Positions 25,285-39,606 of a DNA stretch of 64,000 nt are shown here, one piece after another. Location of the stretch: positions 4,473,366-4,537,365 of the forward strand of contig MU056050.1 in assembly GCA_013239625.1 (NCBI GenBank). The letters are read 5' to 3'. A program made the translations under genes and the position numbers. The DNA is from Lama guanicoe (lineage: Eukaryota). Numbering within the stretch: position 1 is the stretch's first letter; each line of letters opens with the position of its first letter. The notes under the pieces were generated by a model. The model ran no database searches, was not told the DNA's origin, and saw nothing but the letters and a program-made list of their open reading frames with translations.

Positions 25285-27600
25285 ATGTAGTGATTAAGGG
25301 CAGGAATCTTCGATGTCAGGGAGACCCGAGTTTTGATCCTACCTCCACCAATTTCTTGTGGCATTTAATGAATTACTTAATCTCTCTGAGCCTCAATTTT
25401 CTCATCTGTTAAATGGTAATAGTCCCTAGGATTGTTACAAGGATGAAATGTGTTCATATCATCTCCAATTCATTAGTCTATCTATTTCAATCTTCTGCAC
25501 TCAGAACTTCAGTCAAACGGCAATTGTCAAGGTTACCAATGACGTCCACATTGCTCTCTCAGCAGCATTCAACCTAGCTGACCATGGCCTCCAGAAGCAT
25601 TCTGCTCTCTTCACTTCCAGGACACCACATTCTCCTATTTATTAAGTTCCTTGACACTTTTTCTCATGTTCCTTTGAGGGCTCAAACTTCTCTGTGCAAT
25701 TTTGAACCCTAGTATGTCTGAGGACCCAATCTTGGGATTCTGCTCTTTCCTCCTTTCTCTTTTCTCTCCTCTCAAGTCTTCGTTATCCTCTTTAATTGCT
25801 TTCTAAGTAATTCAAATCTAGCATCATGGCTTATATACCATTAGTATTTTGACAATTTCCAAACTTCTGTCTATAACCCATATCTTTATCCAGATTTGTA
25901 TGCTACAGCTTCCTTGACATCACCACTCAGATATTTAATAGCCATCCAAAGTTAATGTCGAAAAGAGATCTCTTGATTTTCATACAAAAACAATAACAAC
26001 TTGTTTCTCACTGTTACCGTCAGTTTACTAAATGTACCACCATAAACTTCAGTTCCTCAAACTGAAAACCTAGAGTTCATCATTAATACTTTGCTTTCCT
26101 TTATTCTTCACATCCAATGCAGTACAAAATCCTATGAGTTTCGCTCTAAAACAAGTCCTCAATTAGTTCACTTCTCACTATCTCTAGTAGTAACTACCAT
26201 CGTAATCTGATGCAACATCTACTGTCACTCTGAATGAATTCATCAGCCTCCTAATAGGTCTCTTTGATTCCATTCTTGACCCTCACTATCCATTCTCCTT
26301 ATAAATTTTTAAAATGCAAATCAGAGCATATCTCTTCCTTGCATAGAATACTTCAGTGAAGTCCCATTGCTCTCAGGATCATTTCTTACTTCAGCTTATA
26401 AGATTTCTAAATGATCTGGCTCCTGACTACTTCTCCAACATCATCTCATGTCATCGTTCCTCAATGAGCTCTAGCCAAACAAGTCTCCCTCTCTAACAAC
26501 CTAAACTTCTTTGTAACTCATGCCTAGAATGCTTTGACCCCAGATTATTGTATGGACGGTTTTTTTTTCATCTCAGTCCAAATGTCACCTCCTAAAGAAA
26601 AAGGAACCCTCCTACACTGCTGATGGGATTGTAGTTTGGTGCAGACATTATGAAAAACATGGAGATTTCTCAAAAAACTAAAAATAGACTTACCATATGA
26701 TCCAGCAATCCCACTCCTGGGCATATATCCAGAGGGAACTCTAATTCGAAAAGATACATGCACCCCAAGGTTCATAGCAGCACTGTATACAATAGCCAAG
26801 ACATGGAAGCAACCTAAATGTCCATAGACAGATATAGACAGATGGTAAAGAAGTTGTGGTATATTTATACAATGGAATACTGCTCAGTGATAAAAAAGAA
26901 TAAAATAATGCCATTTGCAGCAACATGGATGGACTTGGAGATTGTCATTCTAAGTGAAGTAAGCCAGAAAGAGAAAGAAAAATATCATATGATACCACTC
27001 ATATGTGGAATCTAAAAAAAGAAAGAAAGAAAGAACGAAAAAAAAGGACACTAATGAACTCATCTATAAAACAGAAACAGACTCACAGACATAGTAAACA
27101 ATCTTATGGTTATTGGGGTAAAAGGGGTAGGAAGGGATAAATTTGGGTGTTTGAGATTTGCAAATGTTAACCACTATATATAAAAATAGATAAAAAACAA
27201 ATTTCTTTTGTATAGCACAGGGAACTATATTCAATATTTTATAATAACCTTTAATGAAAAAGAATATGAAAACAAATATATGTAGATAGATGCATGACTG
27301 GGACATTATGCTGTACACCATAAATCAACACATTGTAACTGACTATACTTCAACAACAACAAAAAATAGTCCAAATGTCATCTTGTCAAGTTGGTCTTTC
27401 TTAACTTCTCCCCTAATTATACTCTCATCACCCTGTTTACATCCTTTACAGCATTTAATACTATGAATAATTATCTTATTCATTTACATGTTTATCCATT
27501 TCCTCAAGTACCATGTAAGCCCTATGTAAGCAAGGATGTTGTCTCCTAGAAAAATTTCTGTGTCTGGAAGTGTTCAATGTTTATTTATGGAATGAATGAA
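25285..27600 (+). mobile_element. MIR (about 25285-25460) followed by L2, interrupted by a young L1
   Basis: MIR core ttacttaatctctctgagcctcaattttctcatctgt; L2 motifs tgtcaaggttaccaatgacgtcca, ctcagcagcattcaac and the gaatgaatgaa tail at 27590. Confidence 0.8.
26591..27367 (+). mobile_element. Young 5'-truncated L1 (ORF2 end plus 3' UTR)
   Basis: Encodes ..[35 protein letters not shown]. Flanking duplication AGTCCAAATGTCA at 26575-26587 and 27368-27380. Confidence 0.92.
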
Positions 27601-30600
27601 GAACATCTACAAACACTTAGAACAATGTCTAGCTTCAAAAAATGGTAGCTATAATTGCTATTAAGTGAGGAAAATGAAGATGAGAGGGAGGAGAGAAGAA
27701 GAAAAGGAAGATAGGGAGGGATAAAAAATAGAGGGCAAGCATGGGAAGAAGAAAGTGAGTACTAACTTAAGTATTTCTGTAAATTTATACTTTGTTGATT
27801 CAATGATAAGGACACAGTACATTGAATTCTAAAAGAATTATTTCTGTTAAGCTATGGAAAATTACAGGGGGGAAATTAACTTAGAGTTGATAGAGAACAT
27901 CAAATAACCCTGTCACTGGAAAGGGTGTTTGGACCAATTTGTAGCATCATTTATCATATTGTTAATAGGGCACCAACATTCTCCACCAAATGTTGCACAA
28001 TCAGTAAACTTTCCTGCAAGAGCCCACTTGGGTTCTTCAGACTCTCAATTTTTTTTTCTTCTTTGGAGAAACTGGCATATCTCTTATTTACAAGGGAATA
28101 GACAACTTAGTTGGAATGATGCTAATTCTGCCTTATAATACCGCCATTCTTAAAGAATACCTTGAAAGTCTATGATTGGGTATTTTTATGAATTTATTAG
28201 ATCATGATTCCAAGAGTTACAAACCATTTTCCAATTCCAGCCCATATGTCACTAAATGGAAGCTGCTCTGAGTAGGAGCGCTCTTGTATGTATATGAATA
28301 TATGTAGCTCTCAGAACATTAATCTTGATTGGTATCCTAATTTATGTAGTGAATCATTCTTCAAACAGTTTGAACCCTACTTTCCTATGTTATGCTAACA
28401 TGTCAAGGGTTGCCGAGGGTTGTCTGTCCTCATGTTATGTTCTTCTTTTATAATGGAAACAATATCAGTTGATTTTTTATGACATAGATATTCTTATACA
28501 ATTAGGAATGTTAAATCTGGTTTAATCATGTAGAACCATCATCACTGCATGAACTGTGCAAAGTTAATCTCAAACACATTCTTTCTCTTTGCCTCTCTGT
28601 TTCTCTCTCCCTCCTCCATCCTCCCTCCCTCTTCCTCCTTCCTTTACTTCTTCCATTTCTTTCTTCATATATTCAGGCATGAATATTTACTCTATATGAT
28701 GTACCATCCTCTGAACAATATTTCATATTGCAGTGCTGAAGCAGACAGCACAGTCCTAAACCATTAAGAGGAACAACCTCACTTGTGTAATTTAACATCT
28801 CTGAACAATGAGTGATGATATTGGCAAAGTATAGGTTTAATAATCAAATTTTTTCAATTATCTTAATTTATTTGCCAAGGATGGTATGTGCAAGGCCTTA
28901 TTACCCCATATATTAGCACCCCAGAAAGTAGCTCTGGCTGTTTTTTTGGTTCCAAGATAAAATTAAAGTCTTAGTATATGGGTCCCACTAGGCAGATTGA
29001 CTGATATCAAATCCTTCAACATGCCAAAAGTAGTCATTTTAAATATGCTGTGATCTCAGTTTCTGTGGCAGACTCTCTATCCAACTGTTTGCTAGGAGTA
29101 TTAAGAGTAGACATACGTTATCTTCTGTTATCCCATTGTCCTGTTAAAGAAATCTCATACTTCTTAACATAAATCAAAGGCAATAACTTAACAGTCTATT
29201 ATTTTGATGACACACTACTCTCTGCTAAACCTAACTGAAACCACAGCAGTTTAAAACATCAGGGATCTAAAGAAAATAAAATACTAACCAGGATTCAAAG
29301 ACAATGCCAGTAGAGACTTTTAAGCACAGTTCCCTTTGCTCCCCAGAACAGATTTAGAAACATGAACTCTAAGTAAACATTCTCCATCTTCTTCCTCCTA
29401 CAGTTTTTCATTTTTGTGGACTTTTGGTCTGGATGTTTCTAATTTGCTAGATAGATAAGATATTTGATATCCTGTCTCTTTGGAAATGAATCCCACCAGG
29501 GAGCCGTCAAATTTTGCCGAACTAAGAACTTTAATCATTTTACTTCCAGCTCTTCTTCAGGAGTTTTAGGAGGCATGAATGTAGTAAAAATGTTACACCT
29601 GTTAGCCATAAAAAGGGGAACGCAAAAGATAATACATAAACTTTAGGGTGGAAATTAAAATATTATGCATATCATGTTTTATGAATGAAACTTTCAAGCT
29701 GGAGACTGTCATATAGTTAGTGAATCTTTTAGGCAGGTTTTTTTTCTCTCTATTCATTTATATAAGGCCGTGTTTCCCAAAATATTCTCTTGTGGAACAC
29801 TTGTTCTTTGAGATGTTATGTTGAAAAAAATATTTCTGCTTGTCAAACTCTACTTTTAGAGGATCCTGCACTGAATAGTCTTCTCTAGAAGATTCACAAT
29901 GCTACTATTATTTTAAGACAGGGTCATGAGCAGCAGTAATAAGACATTTAATCTTGCTGAATCCGGAGATCTACAAATGTATTTGCTTAACCTAATATTC
30001 CTCCCACCCACCCCATGTGATTCTTATGAATAACTTGCTATAAAAATGTTGATAAAACAATTTCTTTCTTAGCCCAAATAGGAAGCCACTGCCCATTTCA
30101 AAGACTCAGTCTTTTCCTGATTCCCTCAACTAATTTATTTTTCAGATAATTTTTCTTAAGAGCAGTGTATTATAGAAATGCTGTCTCCCTTCAAAACTGA
30201 ACACTTATGTCAATGCAATAGAACACAAAGCGATACTACAACAGTCAACAGCTGCATCACTCTTCCAAGTGTGCCAATTAACAGTCACTTCTTTTATTTA
30301 CTCTGAAAATCCTTCTCTTGACCCCATTTCTATCCTCAAAACAAGGTTTCATCTCTCACTTTCTTTTCACTGCCAAAGTCAATTGATTGCTAGTTCCAGC
30401 GAGTCTCTCAAATAATCCACTTGTATCTACTCGAAGATCATATGTATTTTCAACTCTGTGCCTCCTCTTCTTCTCCAGTCCAGAAAGAAATGACCTCTTC
30501 AAACTTTTCATTTGTTGAATTCACGAACTATTTATTTTTCAGTTTCATATATAACTGCTCTTGAATGTCTTTCCTACTCTCTACTCTCGTCTTTCATAAT

Positions 30601-31240
30601 GAATCCCTCGTTTCTTCGCATTTTTCATAGAAAATTTCTTATGCAACTAATCCTGCTTTAAACTTATATTTAATTTTACTTATATTAAGATTGCTTTTTC
30701 CTATGTTTACAGACTGTAAACCTCTTGAGAGCAAGAGGCCATGAACTAGTCTCCTCTATGTGATATAGAACAGTGCCTTACATAAACTGGTATTAATTAT
30801 ACATTTCTTGATTAGGAGAGTAAATGTCAATAAATTGAACTTGGAAGAGATCTTTATTTACTTCCACGGACATAAACACACTTAAATTCTAGATTTCTGT
30901 AATATTAAAACCCCAAATTTACTCAGAACCTGTATTCTCTTTCTGAAGGTTGTATACCTTTCTTTCTTTAACTTTTTAATCCTCACAACCCCAAGTATTT
31001 ACTCTACAGTAGGATAATATATTTCATTTTAAAACGTTTTTCCATGAAAGATCTATCACTTGAATTATATTTTGAATTAAATAGTGTTGAATTCTTCTTG
31101 CCTGAGTTATAAGACTAACTTCTGTATTTTCACCATCATATTAAATTCATACAAACATGGGACATATAGGCAATATAGGGGATTAATACAAAATGAAAAC
31201 TTGACCCATAATGATTAACAATAATAACCATGTTACCTTC

Positions 31241-31274
31241 ATCTTTCTCTCTCTTTCTCTCTCTCTCTCTCTCT
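31241..31274. repeat. (CT)n microsatellite
   Basis: Seen directly. Confidence 0.9.
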
Positions 31275-33449
31275 GTTTCTTTCCTACTCCCAACTCTGGA
31301 GTTCAGAATGCTCCATAATTAAAATGCAATATCAAAAGAGAAAAATAATATCATAAAATAAAAGTTTGAATATTTGGGTAAAGTCCCAGTAGGCATCATC
31401 TTTATTTTCTCAAAAGTGCTAACAGCAAGAACAAGAACAATAAAAGAAACCCACAAAGATCAGCTGAAGGCAGTGCTGACAATAATGAAAAGAAAGAATA
31501 CAACACAGGGAATGGTATTAATAACCCCAAGTTTTTATGGGTTTGGAAATGAAGAGAAATGATCAGTGCAAAATTCCTAAAAGGATAAGGTATGTATAAA
31601 GCCAACGTTTTCCTAGGTCATTGTTGTCTTTCAACTGCCCCATGAAAGGAACTCAGTTATGAAGATAAAGAGTGATAAACCACAGCCATTCCTTCAACTC
31701 AACTCTGAAAAGAATCTAATCAGAAAATTAACTTTAAAATGTAAATTCAAATTTAGGATACACACACACATACCCCAACAGACACTACTAAAAATGAATG
31801 GCTTATTTTCTACAGTTTTCAGCCATTGAACTGATATAAAACCAGGACAGCATATGCTTGGAAAGATATCTAATAAAATTTGCGCTTTATTCACTTTGAT
31901 TCTCAACTCCTCAAATATGCTTCACAGAAAATCATTACAGATCCCATGTGTGATGAGCTCATTTTCCATTATAACTCTGTCCAAAACCTCCAAGCCACCA
32001 AAATATAACATGTTTCCCAAACTCGAAGAACCTAAGATTAAAAAAAAAATCAAAACAACAACAGCAACAACAACAGGAAAAAAAAAACACTCTGCACAAT
32101 TCTATTGTGAAGAAAGAAGAACATTTCCCAAGATGAAAAATTTTTTCCACTCAGTAGACAAACATTGGTCCCAAAGCGCCAACATGCTGAAGCCCTGGGA
32201 AGTCAGCCCAGGCAGCAAAATAAAATCTCTCATCTCCTCGTGGGTCACAGCACATAAATAACACCAACACAGAGCTAATAAGTGGACTCATTTACCCTTT
32301 GCTGTGGCTTTCAGGAAACCTTTCATCAAATTTATTGCCAGAGCTGCTGCACATTATTGTGTTCTTTATTAGGCATTCTTCTCCCTGAAGATTAATTCAG
32401 GCTTTTATGAAGCTGCGTGTTCCAGGGTAATAGATGATTGCAAGTAAGTTAAGAGGTGTCACATTCACATCACTATAGACACACAAAAGTGTGGTCAAAT
32501 ATCTGATGACATTCTTGACATAGTATATTGACTTAAAGTCCACATGACAACTCTCTTTTTGGACCAGTGCCAAAATGGGAATGTTTAGGGATATTTTTGT
32601 CCTAAACATCCTGTCCAACATGAGTTTTGACGAAGATGGATAATGCAGAATAAAAACAGTTGTAGTATGTTCCCTCAACTACCTCTAAGATGACTATACA
32701 ACTTTTAGAAAAGTAAAGTATTCTATCAAATCACAGGGTCTTGTTTCTCATCTCTCTGATATCATCTGTGCCAATAAAAAAAAAAGAATTGAACTCATAA
32801 AAGTGAATGTTTTATATATTTTCTATGACCTAACTTCTGTAGAAATGAGTTAACACTGGTTTAACTTGTATATCTAAAACCAACTTTGAATTAACAATAG
32901 CATGCTGACATAAATAAAACTTTGAATTTCTCTACATGAATTCAAGTTGAATCCATCCTTTCATTCATTCATTCAATAACTGTTGAGTGCCTACTATCTG
33001 TTAGGAACTCTTCTAGGTACCAGGGAAATCGTTTTTTTTTTTTAATTGGAAAAAAAAGCTAAGTTGACCTGTTGGTTTAAGGTCTATGTAATGAACAAAC
33101 TGAAGGTTGATTAAATTGATCATTTAAATATCATTTAAGTATCTTTGTGAGCAGAGCTGTGTCTAAATCATAAAGCATAATGTCTAATAGTTAGTAAATT
33201 CCAATTAGTATATTTAGCTTAGAGAGCCCATTTGTGTTATCTACACCTCAAAGTGGACTTTTGATGATGTTGCTTGATCAAATTTTCTGAAAACTCAGGT
33301 TGCCTCTTTTTGTTTTACAATGCTTCGAATATCTCAACTTAATATCAAAATGGTGTTTACACAGTTTTACTAAGAATAATATCTATAGGGCATGCCCTTC
33401 ATCTTTAGAGCAAATAAAACCAACTTAAAAGGATTATTTAACAAAACCA

Positions 33450-33640
33450 GCATGTAATTCTCAAAGCACTCGTGTGTCAGACACTGTTTTAAGTGCCTTA
33501 TCTATTAATCAATGACTCTGTGAGTTAGGTACTATTCTCATTTTACAGAGGAAGAAAACTGAGATAGAAGTTCACACAGCTAGTGAGAGACAAAGGCAGG
33601 ATTACATAGTAGGCAGAAGCAGAACTGTTAGCCCTTATAT
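33450..33640 (-). mobile_element. MIR SINE
   Basis: cattttacagaggaagaaaactgag core. Confidence 0.7.
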
Positions 33641-36600
33641 TATGAGAGGGAGAGAGAGAAATTTCCTACATTTTAGTTTGGCAATTTGAACTATAAACAT
33701 TAGAAGTCTCCTGAATTACCTACAGTCATGTTGAGAGCATATTTAAGGTTCCCTATACTTAAAAGGCATTCATTTGGAATAAAAATAGAAATCTTGTTTT
33801 TAACCATCTTCTAAAAAAGATTGTTTTACACTTGTCAATGGTAGATGGCACAGAAATTTACATATGTTACCTTTCCTAACTAAATGGGTATAATGATTCC
33901 TCTGTAATTCTAGAATTCAAGGATTCATTCACTCACAATTAGAAAAATGGCACCAGCTAGTGAAAATTATGACCACATAGATACTTTAGAATAAAAAGAA
34001 TTAATTAGTCTGAAATAAAGTCTAATTTTTCTTGATTTGGCTTTACCAGTTAGAATGGGCAATATAAACAGGTTGGTTGTGTTTTTCTTTGTAGAATTGT
34101 TATTTTAAAAATCTCTTTCTGTAAGCCATTTTCTCCTTCAAAAATATTTCATTGTCTCTAGAACAGTTTGCTCACTGCCCAACAGGAAATAAATAATAAG
34201 GATGGATTCTCATGTTAAAAATAATACAACTGTATAGAACTAGGCTCTTTCTATGTGGAAATATACTGGAGCAATTTCTGAAAAGCCCAAATAAATCTAC
34301 TCTTTTCATTTCTGCTTCCAGATTTATTAACAATGTTCCCTCATATCATTCCCATTTTAGTGTGGAAAGTTTTCCAGGCTAAAACATCCTAATTAGTTCC
34401 TAAAATGCTTTTCTTGGACAAGCTTACTAGCAGAAGACACTTGCTAGGTTATAAATATAGTAGGGTTTCTTTTAGCTTTATATTAGTATTATTATTTAGT
34501 TAGTATTTTCAACTATTTATGAATCAAGGTAGGAAAATTTGGCAAAACTTGAAAAAAAAAAGCCTTGCATATTTTAGATCCAACTATATATTTGCATATT
34601 CTTAGAGCATCAGATATTTCCCCAAACCTGCAGCAACATAGCAAAAGTCAGAAACAAGCAAATAAACAAAACTTTAGAAATTCTGGAAAATAGGGCATAT
34701 TTTTATAAAAGCCTATAAGTTATTCTTGTTGATAAAAATATCCTTTGAGTATAACATTTTAAGGGTCTGAAATGTGTGAAACAGCAACAAGATTTTAGAG
34801 ATTTATATGCAAAAGTGGAGAATATGGAAATCAGTTGTTACACTCAACTGCTATGACAAATGATTCAATCAAATCATGTCCACTAAATTGAAATAACCAT
34901 TTGATAATAACTCATCACTTTCGTCCTTCAAAAGGAATGGGAAGACATATGCTACTTGACTTTTGGAATGAAAGTAAGGAGCTCAGCAAAACTGAACAAA
35001 TTTATCAAAACCAAACATTTCAAGACTCTGGAAGTTGACAAAAGGCATACAACAAATTGAGAAAAGTTTATTCAAGAAAAACAACTAAACCTTAATAGGG
35101 ACAATGGGAGTATATGGCATTTTACCCTGGAGCTTCAAGCCTCAGTTCCATTTTTGATAGCTCTACAAGTGCAAGGTAGGCTCTAAGGATGTGGCAGTAT
35201 CATGCTGGAAGGCAGTTGTCTTGATTTAGAGCAAAGAGAATAAAAACTCATGCTCAGAGGTATTGTCAAAGCCAATTGTAATCTTACTGACAATCAAGTA
35301 AGGCTATTCATCCCTAGCTGAACATGAAATTTGTGCACCCAGAAAGAACTGACTTTATAGGAACTGACTTGTTCACTGACTGAAATTAGAATGTGTACCC
35401 CAATCAACACTCAGAGACATCAGCAAAGAGTGGAAATCTTATTCACTTAAAAAGTTTAAACATAAACTTTGATCAATTACTTATTTGCTACTGATTTATG
35501 CTGACCCAGAGGTAACCCCTATGAAAGCAATATTAAAAATAAAAGCAGTAAAATAATGTTTTAAAAATAAAGCAGAGACATCAATGACCACAAAGTGCAT
35601 GAAATTCAGACTTTACAGAATTAGCCTAGGCAAGATATCAAACAAATAAATCAAACAAACAAAAAGTAGTAACAACAACAACAAAAAGTCCATAGAGGGA
35701 ATCCAAATCCATAGACACTAAGCTAAATTTTCTAAAATAATCAGTTTTAAACAAAAAAATTACATGACATGCAAAGAAACAGAAAAATACGATCCATACT
35801 AAGGGAGAAAAATAAAGCAGTCAAGAGAAATCATCTCTAATAGTGTCTATATGTTGAACTTAGTAGAAAAAGCCTTCAAAACATCTTTAAAAAGGAGTTC
35901 AAAGAAATAAAGAAAACCATGCTTTAAAAATTAAAGGAACATGTGTTGACAATGAAGAATATTAAGAGAGAAAATTTATTTTAAAAATATCAAATGGAAA
36001 TTTTATAGTTAATTAGTACATAACTGAAATGATAAATTCACTAGAATGGCTCAAAAGAGTATTTGAGCTGACAGTGGAAAGAATCACTGGAGTTGAAGAT
36101 AAATCAATAAAGATTATCTAAATCTGAATAGAAAAAAGAAAAAAGACGTGAACAGAGCCTCAGAGACCTTAGGACAACACAAACTATACCATCATATTTT
36201 TAATGATATTCTTAGAATGAGAAGAAGGGCAGAAAGAATATTTGAAAAAAATAATGACCAAAACATTTACAAATTTGAAGAGAAATATTAATCTACATAT
36301 CTAAGAAACACAACTGAATTAAAATAGTATAGATTTATGCCTAGAGACATGTAAATAAGGTGTTGGAAGACAAAGACACAGAGAAACTCTTGAAGAGGCA
36401 AGAATTAAGCAATTTATTACATATGAGAGAATCAAAGTAAGATTAACAACATACTTTTAATCAGGAACAATGGAGGCCAGAAGCAGTGGGTTGGCATGTT
36501 CAATGTGTAGGAAGAAAAAAATTGTCTGCCAAATATTTTATATCCAGCAAAATTTTCTTTCAAAAATGAAAATGCAAAAAAGACATTCCTACATAAACAC

Positions 36601-36707
36601 AGATTGAAAGAATCTGTACTTACTAGATCTGCCTTGCAAAATATACTAAAAGAAATCTTTCAGGATGAAAAGGAAGAACACAACACAAAGATACAAAGAT
36701 CATTGGT

Positions 36708-36864
36708 GGGGGAAAGGTACAGCTCACTGGCAGAGCACATGCTTAGCATGCATGAGGTCCTGGGTTCAATCCCCAGTACCTCCTCTAAAAAAAACCCTAA
36801 TTACCTCCCCCCAACCAAAGTAAAAATAAAAATAATACAATAATAAATAAAATATTAAAAAAAT
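36708..36864 (+). mobile_element. tRNA-Ala-derived SINE (camelid vic-1-like)
   Basis: A/B boxes agctcactggcagagc..gggttcaatcccc, then an A-rich tail. 13-bp TSD AAAGATCATTGGT at 36695-36707 and 36865-36877. Confidence 0.9.
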
Positions 36865-37132
36865 AAAGATCATTGGTAAAGGTAAATGTGTAAATATAAA
36901 GGAATATAAATGTATTATTTACTTTTTTTCTTCTAATAATTATTTGTGAAGATAATTGCATGAAGCAATAATTATATCATTGGATTTATAATATATAAAT
37001 CTATATACAACAATACCACAGAGGAGTGTGATGAGAATAGAACTACATTGGAGCAAATTATGTACATTTACTGAAATTAAGTTAGCATCAATCTGAAGCA
37101 GATTGTAATAAGTAAAAAAGAATACTATAAAC

Positions 37133-37532
37133 TGCTATGGCCTAAATTGTGCCCCCTCAACCTTAAATTCATGTGGTAAAGCCCTAATCCCCAGTTTGAC
37201 TGTGTTTGGAGATAAAGTGATTTTAGAAAGTGGCTGAGGTTAAATGAGGTAATAAGAATGGGGTCCTAATCCAATAGGATTGGGGGCCTTAAAAGAATAA
37301 GGGGGACTCCCCACCCCTCTCTCTCCATGCGCATACATCATGGAAATATCATGTGAACACACAATGAGAAAGTGGCTGTATGCAAACCAAGAAGAATTCT
37401 ATCACCAGAACTGAAATATGCAGACATCCTGATTAGGCTTCCATGCTCCAGAACTATGAGAAAATAAATTTATGTTGTTTAAGCTATTTAGTATACAGTA
37501 TTTTGTTATGACAACCTGAGCCAATTAAGACA
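37133..37532 (+). mobile_element. MLT1A/B-like solo LTR
   Basis: tgctatggcctaaattgtgccccc...ctccagaactatgagaaaataaattt...taagaca, 400 bp, TG..CA. Confidence 0.85.
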
Positions 37533-39397
37533 TACATCCTATAGTAACCATTAAGAAAATTTAAAAAAAAAATTGGTAAAAGCAAACAAATAGCATATCA
37601 AATTAGCATTAAAGTAGCACAGCAAAAAAATCTATGCAACAAAAAAAGTCAATGAAAGAGAAATGCAGGAAAAAAAGGATGTGAGATATATAGAAAACAA
37701 ATAGTAAAATACAAACATAAATTCTCAACAAAATACAATAGGCTGAATCCACAAAACTTAAAAAAAAAAAAAAAGAAAGCATTACTAGAAGGACCAGTTA
37801 TCCCTCAAATGTGAAGTTGTTTTAACCTCAAAAAATCAATTAATGTAATACACTTTATTAATAGGAAAAAGGACAAAACCACATTATTATCTCAATAAAG
37901 AGGAAAAAAGCATTTGACAAAATCTGACACTAATTCATAACAAAAACCTTCGACTAACTAGTAAAGGAAGGCAACAATTAAAACCCAATAAAAGGCATCT
38001 ATTAAAATCTTAGAACCAACATCGTGCTTAATGGTGAAAGAATGATTGCATGCTATAAGATTGAGAACAAAACAAAGATGACAAAGATACCTGTTTCTGC
38101 CACTTCTATTCAACATTATAATGGTGATTTTAGCCAGTCCAATAAGGAAGAAAAAGGAAGAGAGAGGGAAATAAAAAGCATGTAGATTGGAAAGAAAAAA
38201 GCAAAAAACAATTTATTGGTATGATTCTGTATGTAAAAATCCTCAACACACACACACACACACACACACACAAAACCTAAAAAGAATATATTTAGAAATG
38301 TTGGAGGATACAACAACAATGTATGAAAATCAAACGTATTTCTATAACTAGCAGTAGACAATCTGAAAATAAAATTAGGAAAATAATTTCATTCAAAACA
38401 TCTTGAAAAAGAAAAAAATACTTAGAAATAAATTTAACAAAAGAATTGCTAGACTTATGTGCCAAAAATTATAAACCATTGCTTAGAGAAATTAAAGGTG
38501 ATTTAAATGAAAAGAGAGAAATTTCATGCTTCTCATTTAGAAGCTCACATTGTGAAAATAGGAATTCTACTCAAATTGGCCTATAGATTAAAAGTGATCC
38601 TATCAAATGATTGATAGGATTGATAGGAAAATTGCAGAGTAAGGAAATCCGAAACTCTGTCCCCTACAAAAGCAATGAATAAGCTGGAAAATCGTCAGAA
38701 TCAACTTTCTCAGAACTCTGGAATCCAATCAAAAACTTACAACCCCAGGAGTGCTTAATAAAGGGAAAAAAGGGGATGAATTCAAGCAAGAGAACTCTGA
38801 CATTTTAACTTACCCTGTTAACATCCCCCATTCTGCACTCTACTTTGAAGATAACCACCTACATTCCTGTTTCAGGTTACATTATCAGAGAAACCCACAC
38901 AGAATGACAGAACTTATTCTTAAAGAATTCTGGTTCTGTGTTTTGATCTGTCTGGTGGCTCCCTTAGAGATGAGCCAAAGGGCTGTAACTAAATTTTCCT
39001 GCCACAGAACATTCCCAGGGCTGAGGCAGTATTCTGCACAACATTAAAGTAAATTTATTAGCCACTGCTGCTAAGGACAAAAGATAACATTCAGGCTAGG
39101 GAATAAATTTAAAAAGCTTGGGAAAAAAGAGGATAGAGAAAGAGATACTTTCAGAAATAAGAGTTTGAAAAGCACCTGCATATCCCAGGAAATGTAGAAG
39201 GCCACAGACATGTTTAGTGCCAGAGACATGCTCACAAAAGACCTGAGAAGACACTAAGCTCTTACTCTGGCTTATATTAAGCCTCCATATGAGCAAAAAA
39301 TAATGACTAAGGCAGATTTGTAAAATGCCTGGCTAACTGCCTGGCTAAGCATTTAGCAATTCTCCAAAACAGACTCAATCTGCAAACATTAGAAGAG

Positions 39398-39606
39398 TTC
39401 TTTCTTTCCCTTCCCTTCCCTTCCCTTCCCTTCCTTTCCCTCCCTTCCCTTCCCTTCCATTCCCTTCCCTTCCCTTCCATTCCCTTCCCTTCCCTTCCTT
39501 TCCCTTCTCTTTCCTTTCTCTTCCCTTCCCTTCTCTTTCCTTTCCTTCTTTCCCCTTTTTTCTTCTCTTCTCTTTTTTCCACTTCCTTTCTTTCTTTCCT
39601 TCCTCC
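39398..39606. repeat. (TTCCC)n / polypyrimidine tract of about 210 bp
   Basis: Almost pure C/T run of ttccc and ttcc units. Confidence 0.95.

Larger units (their letters stand above)
34950..38606 (+). mobile_element. Old L1M (5' region, ORF1 remnant, internally deleted ORF2)
   Basis: ORF1-like text (aacaatggaggccagaagcagtggg, tatatccagcaaaattttctttcaaaaatgaa) and ORF2-like text (aaaagcatttgacaaaatctgacac); (AC)n at about 38247-38272. Confidence 0.85.

Noticed and set aside
36708..36790. Functional tRNA-Ala gene (also 40854 and 43940-44004)
   Set aside because: Broken acceptor stem, with A-rich tails and (two copies) TSDs, so these are SINE copies.
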